Origin: Neocallimastix sp. 'constans' | Taxonomy: Eukaryota | Reading direction: 5' to 3' | Length of the DNA: 64,000 bases | Assembly (NCBI GenBank): GCA_050613775.1 | Contig: JBODTK010000016.1 | Location: forward strand, 558,001-622,000 | Shown here: positions 61,277 through 64,000 of the stretch, piece by piece | Position numbering within the stretch: the stretch's first letter is position 1 | How the letters are laid out: every line of letters starts with the position of its first letter | Program-made: the position numbers and the translations under genes | Notes under the pieces: model-generated | The model's database searches: none | Seen by the model: the letters and a program-made list of their open reading frames with translations, nothing else | Told to the model about the DNA's origin: nothing

Positions 61277-64000
61277 ATTTATATATTATAGTTTAAAAAA
61301 ATAAAAAAAAATTAGCAAATTTTAATATTCCTTTACATTTCTTACTTCTAATAACATATATATTTAAATAAATATTATTCTTACATTAAAGTATTAAAAA
61401 TTAAAAAAATATAAATAAAATTAAATTTATTAATTAATATATTACGTTGCTTTTTAATTCAATTATTTAATATGTTATATTATAATTTTCCTGTTATCAT
61501 TATATTCAATTTTCATAGCCATTTATATATATATAATTTTTTAATTATAAATTAAAATAGATAAAAAAAAAATAAAAATAAAATTACAGAGTATAAATAT
61601 ATTATAAGTATTAATAAATTATTACTATAAAATTGTATATAAATTATAAAATATAAATACTATTAAAAAATATTATAGCTTATAACAACTTACAATAATT
61701 TTTAATTGCTTTTGTAACATAAATTATAATTTCTCTTAAATAAATAATTTGATTGTGATAATACTTTATGAAGTAAAGCTTTTAAATAAAAATTATTCTT
61801 CCTTTTTTTCTATTTAAATATTAACACTTTTCATTAAATATTTTATTAAATTAAAATTTACTATTATTAAAGTGGATAGAGATATTTTTAAAATGATATA
61901 TTATGTAATAATATAAATTAATTTAATAAAATATTTTTATATAATTAAATAAAAAAAAAAAAAAAGGGAAGAAAGAAAGAAAGAATAATTTTAAATTAAT
62001 ATAAAGGTAAATTTCGAAATTAAAAAATTAAAAGCAATTTTTGAGTAGAAAAATATAAAAGCAATGAATAAATATTAATTAGTAATAAATAAAGAAAAAA
62101 ATGTATTTAATAATTATTTTTATTTATTTCTCTTTAATTAATATTTAATACTTTTCTTATTTATCAATTTATAATTTATTATTATCAATATATTACCATA
62201 TTAATTATAAATAATTAATGACAATCCCTAGAAAATAGTAAAAATAAAAAGAAGTTGAATATAAATTAATTTAATCATAAGAATTATAATATATTGTTTT
62301 ATATATTAATTTAAATATTTATATATTGATTTTATTTTAATATATTGTTTTTAATTTTTCATATATAAATTAATAGAGTTTATTATTAATATATTATAAT
62401 TATATTAAAAATATAATAAAAACTATCCTTTTCATCTATTTTAATTTATTCTACAATAAATTAAAACATATATAAATTTGTTATAAATATGATTTTCAAT
62501 ATTTAAATAATATAAATATCAATTTAATTAATAAATAAGAATAAGAATTAATAACTATATAAACGGTAATTATTAAATAATAATAAAATAAAAAAATATA
62601 AACTTTATTAATTATCAATAATTTGATTGATATTTTTTTCAGAAAACAAATACAAATTGTAAATATAAATTGTTAGGACAAAAAAATATATATATATATA
62701 TATTTATTTGACATGATAAAATAAAATGGATAGGACAAAAAAAAATAAATATGAGAATATATATATATATATTTACTTGATATGATTAAATAAAATGGAT
62801 AAAGATAAAGATTTATCATTATAATAAATATACAATCTTTTAATTTATCTTAAAAAATTATTATATTGCATTTGCATTCTTTAAGTACTTTATTCTCGAT
62901 TTATATATTTCATTAATAGTGGTTTATATAAAAAAATATTTATATCACTTAAAGATCTTTTATGTAAAACATATATATCAAGATAAAATACTTGACTATT
63001 ATATAATTTTTTTATCAACTCTCTAATTTATACATATTTTTGATATTACAAAAATATTTTATATAAATATAGAAATAAATTTATTAATAAACAACAAATA
63101 TAAATATTTTTTTTTAAAAATTTAAAATAATAATAATAACATTAATAATAATAATAAAAAGAATATAAATGGGAAAACTATCAGAAATTAATATAAACGT
63201 ATTTTTGGTATTTTAGCAAAATAAAAAATAAAACCATTTACATATATTTGTATTAAACTTTTTAAACTTTTGAGTAATAATTTGTATTTTAATTCTATTT
63301 TAATTTCTTTTTTTAATTCTATTTTAATTTTATTTTAATTTTATTTATGATCATTTAATTAAATTTAATTTAAATAAAAAAAAATAAAAAAAAAAAAAAA
63401 TTATAAAATTAAAAAAAATAAAAAGTTTTTTAAGTAGTTCTACCCTTTAATATATACCAAATTAAGTAATGGATTAAATTAAAAAAAAAAAAAAAAAAAT
63501 ATAATAATAAAATTCTTTATGTTATATTTTAAACATATATTGAATTACATATCATGTGATGTGGTAATTCATTAATTTAAAAAAAAAAAATAAAAAATAA
63601 AAAGTAAAAAGCATTCTTTAGAAAAAGAGTTTATTCCACCATTCAATAGTTTATATAAAAATGAATATATATATATAATATACATTCTTTATATTAATAA
63701 AGAAATAGAAACAAAATAAAACAAAACAAAAAAAAAAAAAACAATTTATTTATATATATATATATTTAAAAGGATATTAATATTAATATAAATAGATTAG
63801 CAACGTTAGTTCTTTTAGATGATTTATTTAAAATAGTTTAGATTTTAATTATTGTATTTATTATATATAAAATATATATAATAAATATTCTATAGCTATA
63901 CTATTTTGACTAATTCAACATTATTGTATTTTTTTTTTTTTTTTGTTATTACACTTATATTACTATTATTATTTTAAATATATATATTAATATAATTCAA

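Overview
Extremely AT-rich, intron-containing eukaryotic DNA. The very low-GC intergenic sequence, GT..AG introns, poly-Asn proteins and a flagellar central-pair gene fit a zoosporic anaerobic gut fungus (Neocallimastigomycota-like; inferred, not proven). I reconstructed eight host genes by hand from splice sites and reading-frame continuity: (1) an Asn-rich C2H2 zinc-finger transcription factor, (2) ESCRT-III SNF7, (3) a CLAMP/C1a-32-like flagellar protein, (4) an atypical Ras-like GTPase with a long low-complexity tail, (5) an EF-hand MscS-like channel, (6) a single-pass LRR receptor-like protein with one LRR per symmetric phase-2 micro-exon, (7) a secreted two-LysM protein and (8) a ~2040-aa coiled-coil protein. 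The most unusual element is a ~1.45 kb intronless, GC-richer island at about 13560-15005. Its two minus-strand ORFs lie in one frame, encode a tandemly duplicated domain I do not recognise, and are interrupted only by TGA codons (four in frame before a TAG). It is either foreign UGA-recoded DNA or a decaying foreign gene. Also present are a decayed LINE-like 3' end, a small GC-rich palindromic island in a 13.7 kb gene desert, a TGTGGATAA motif cluster, and many micro- and minisatellites.
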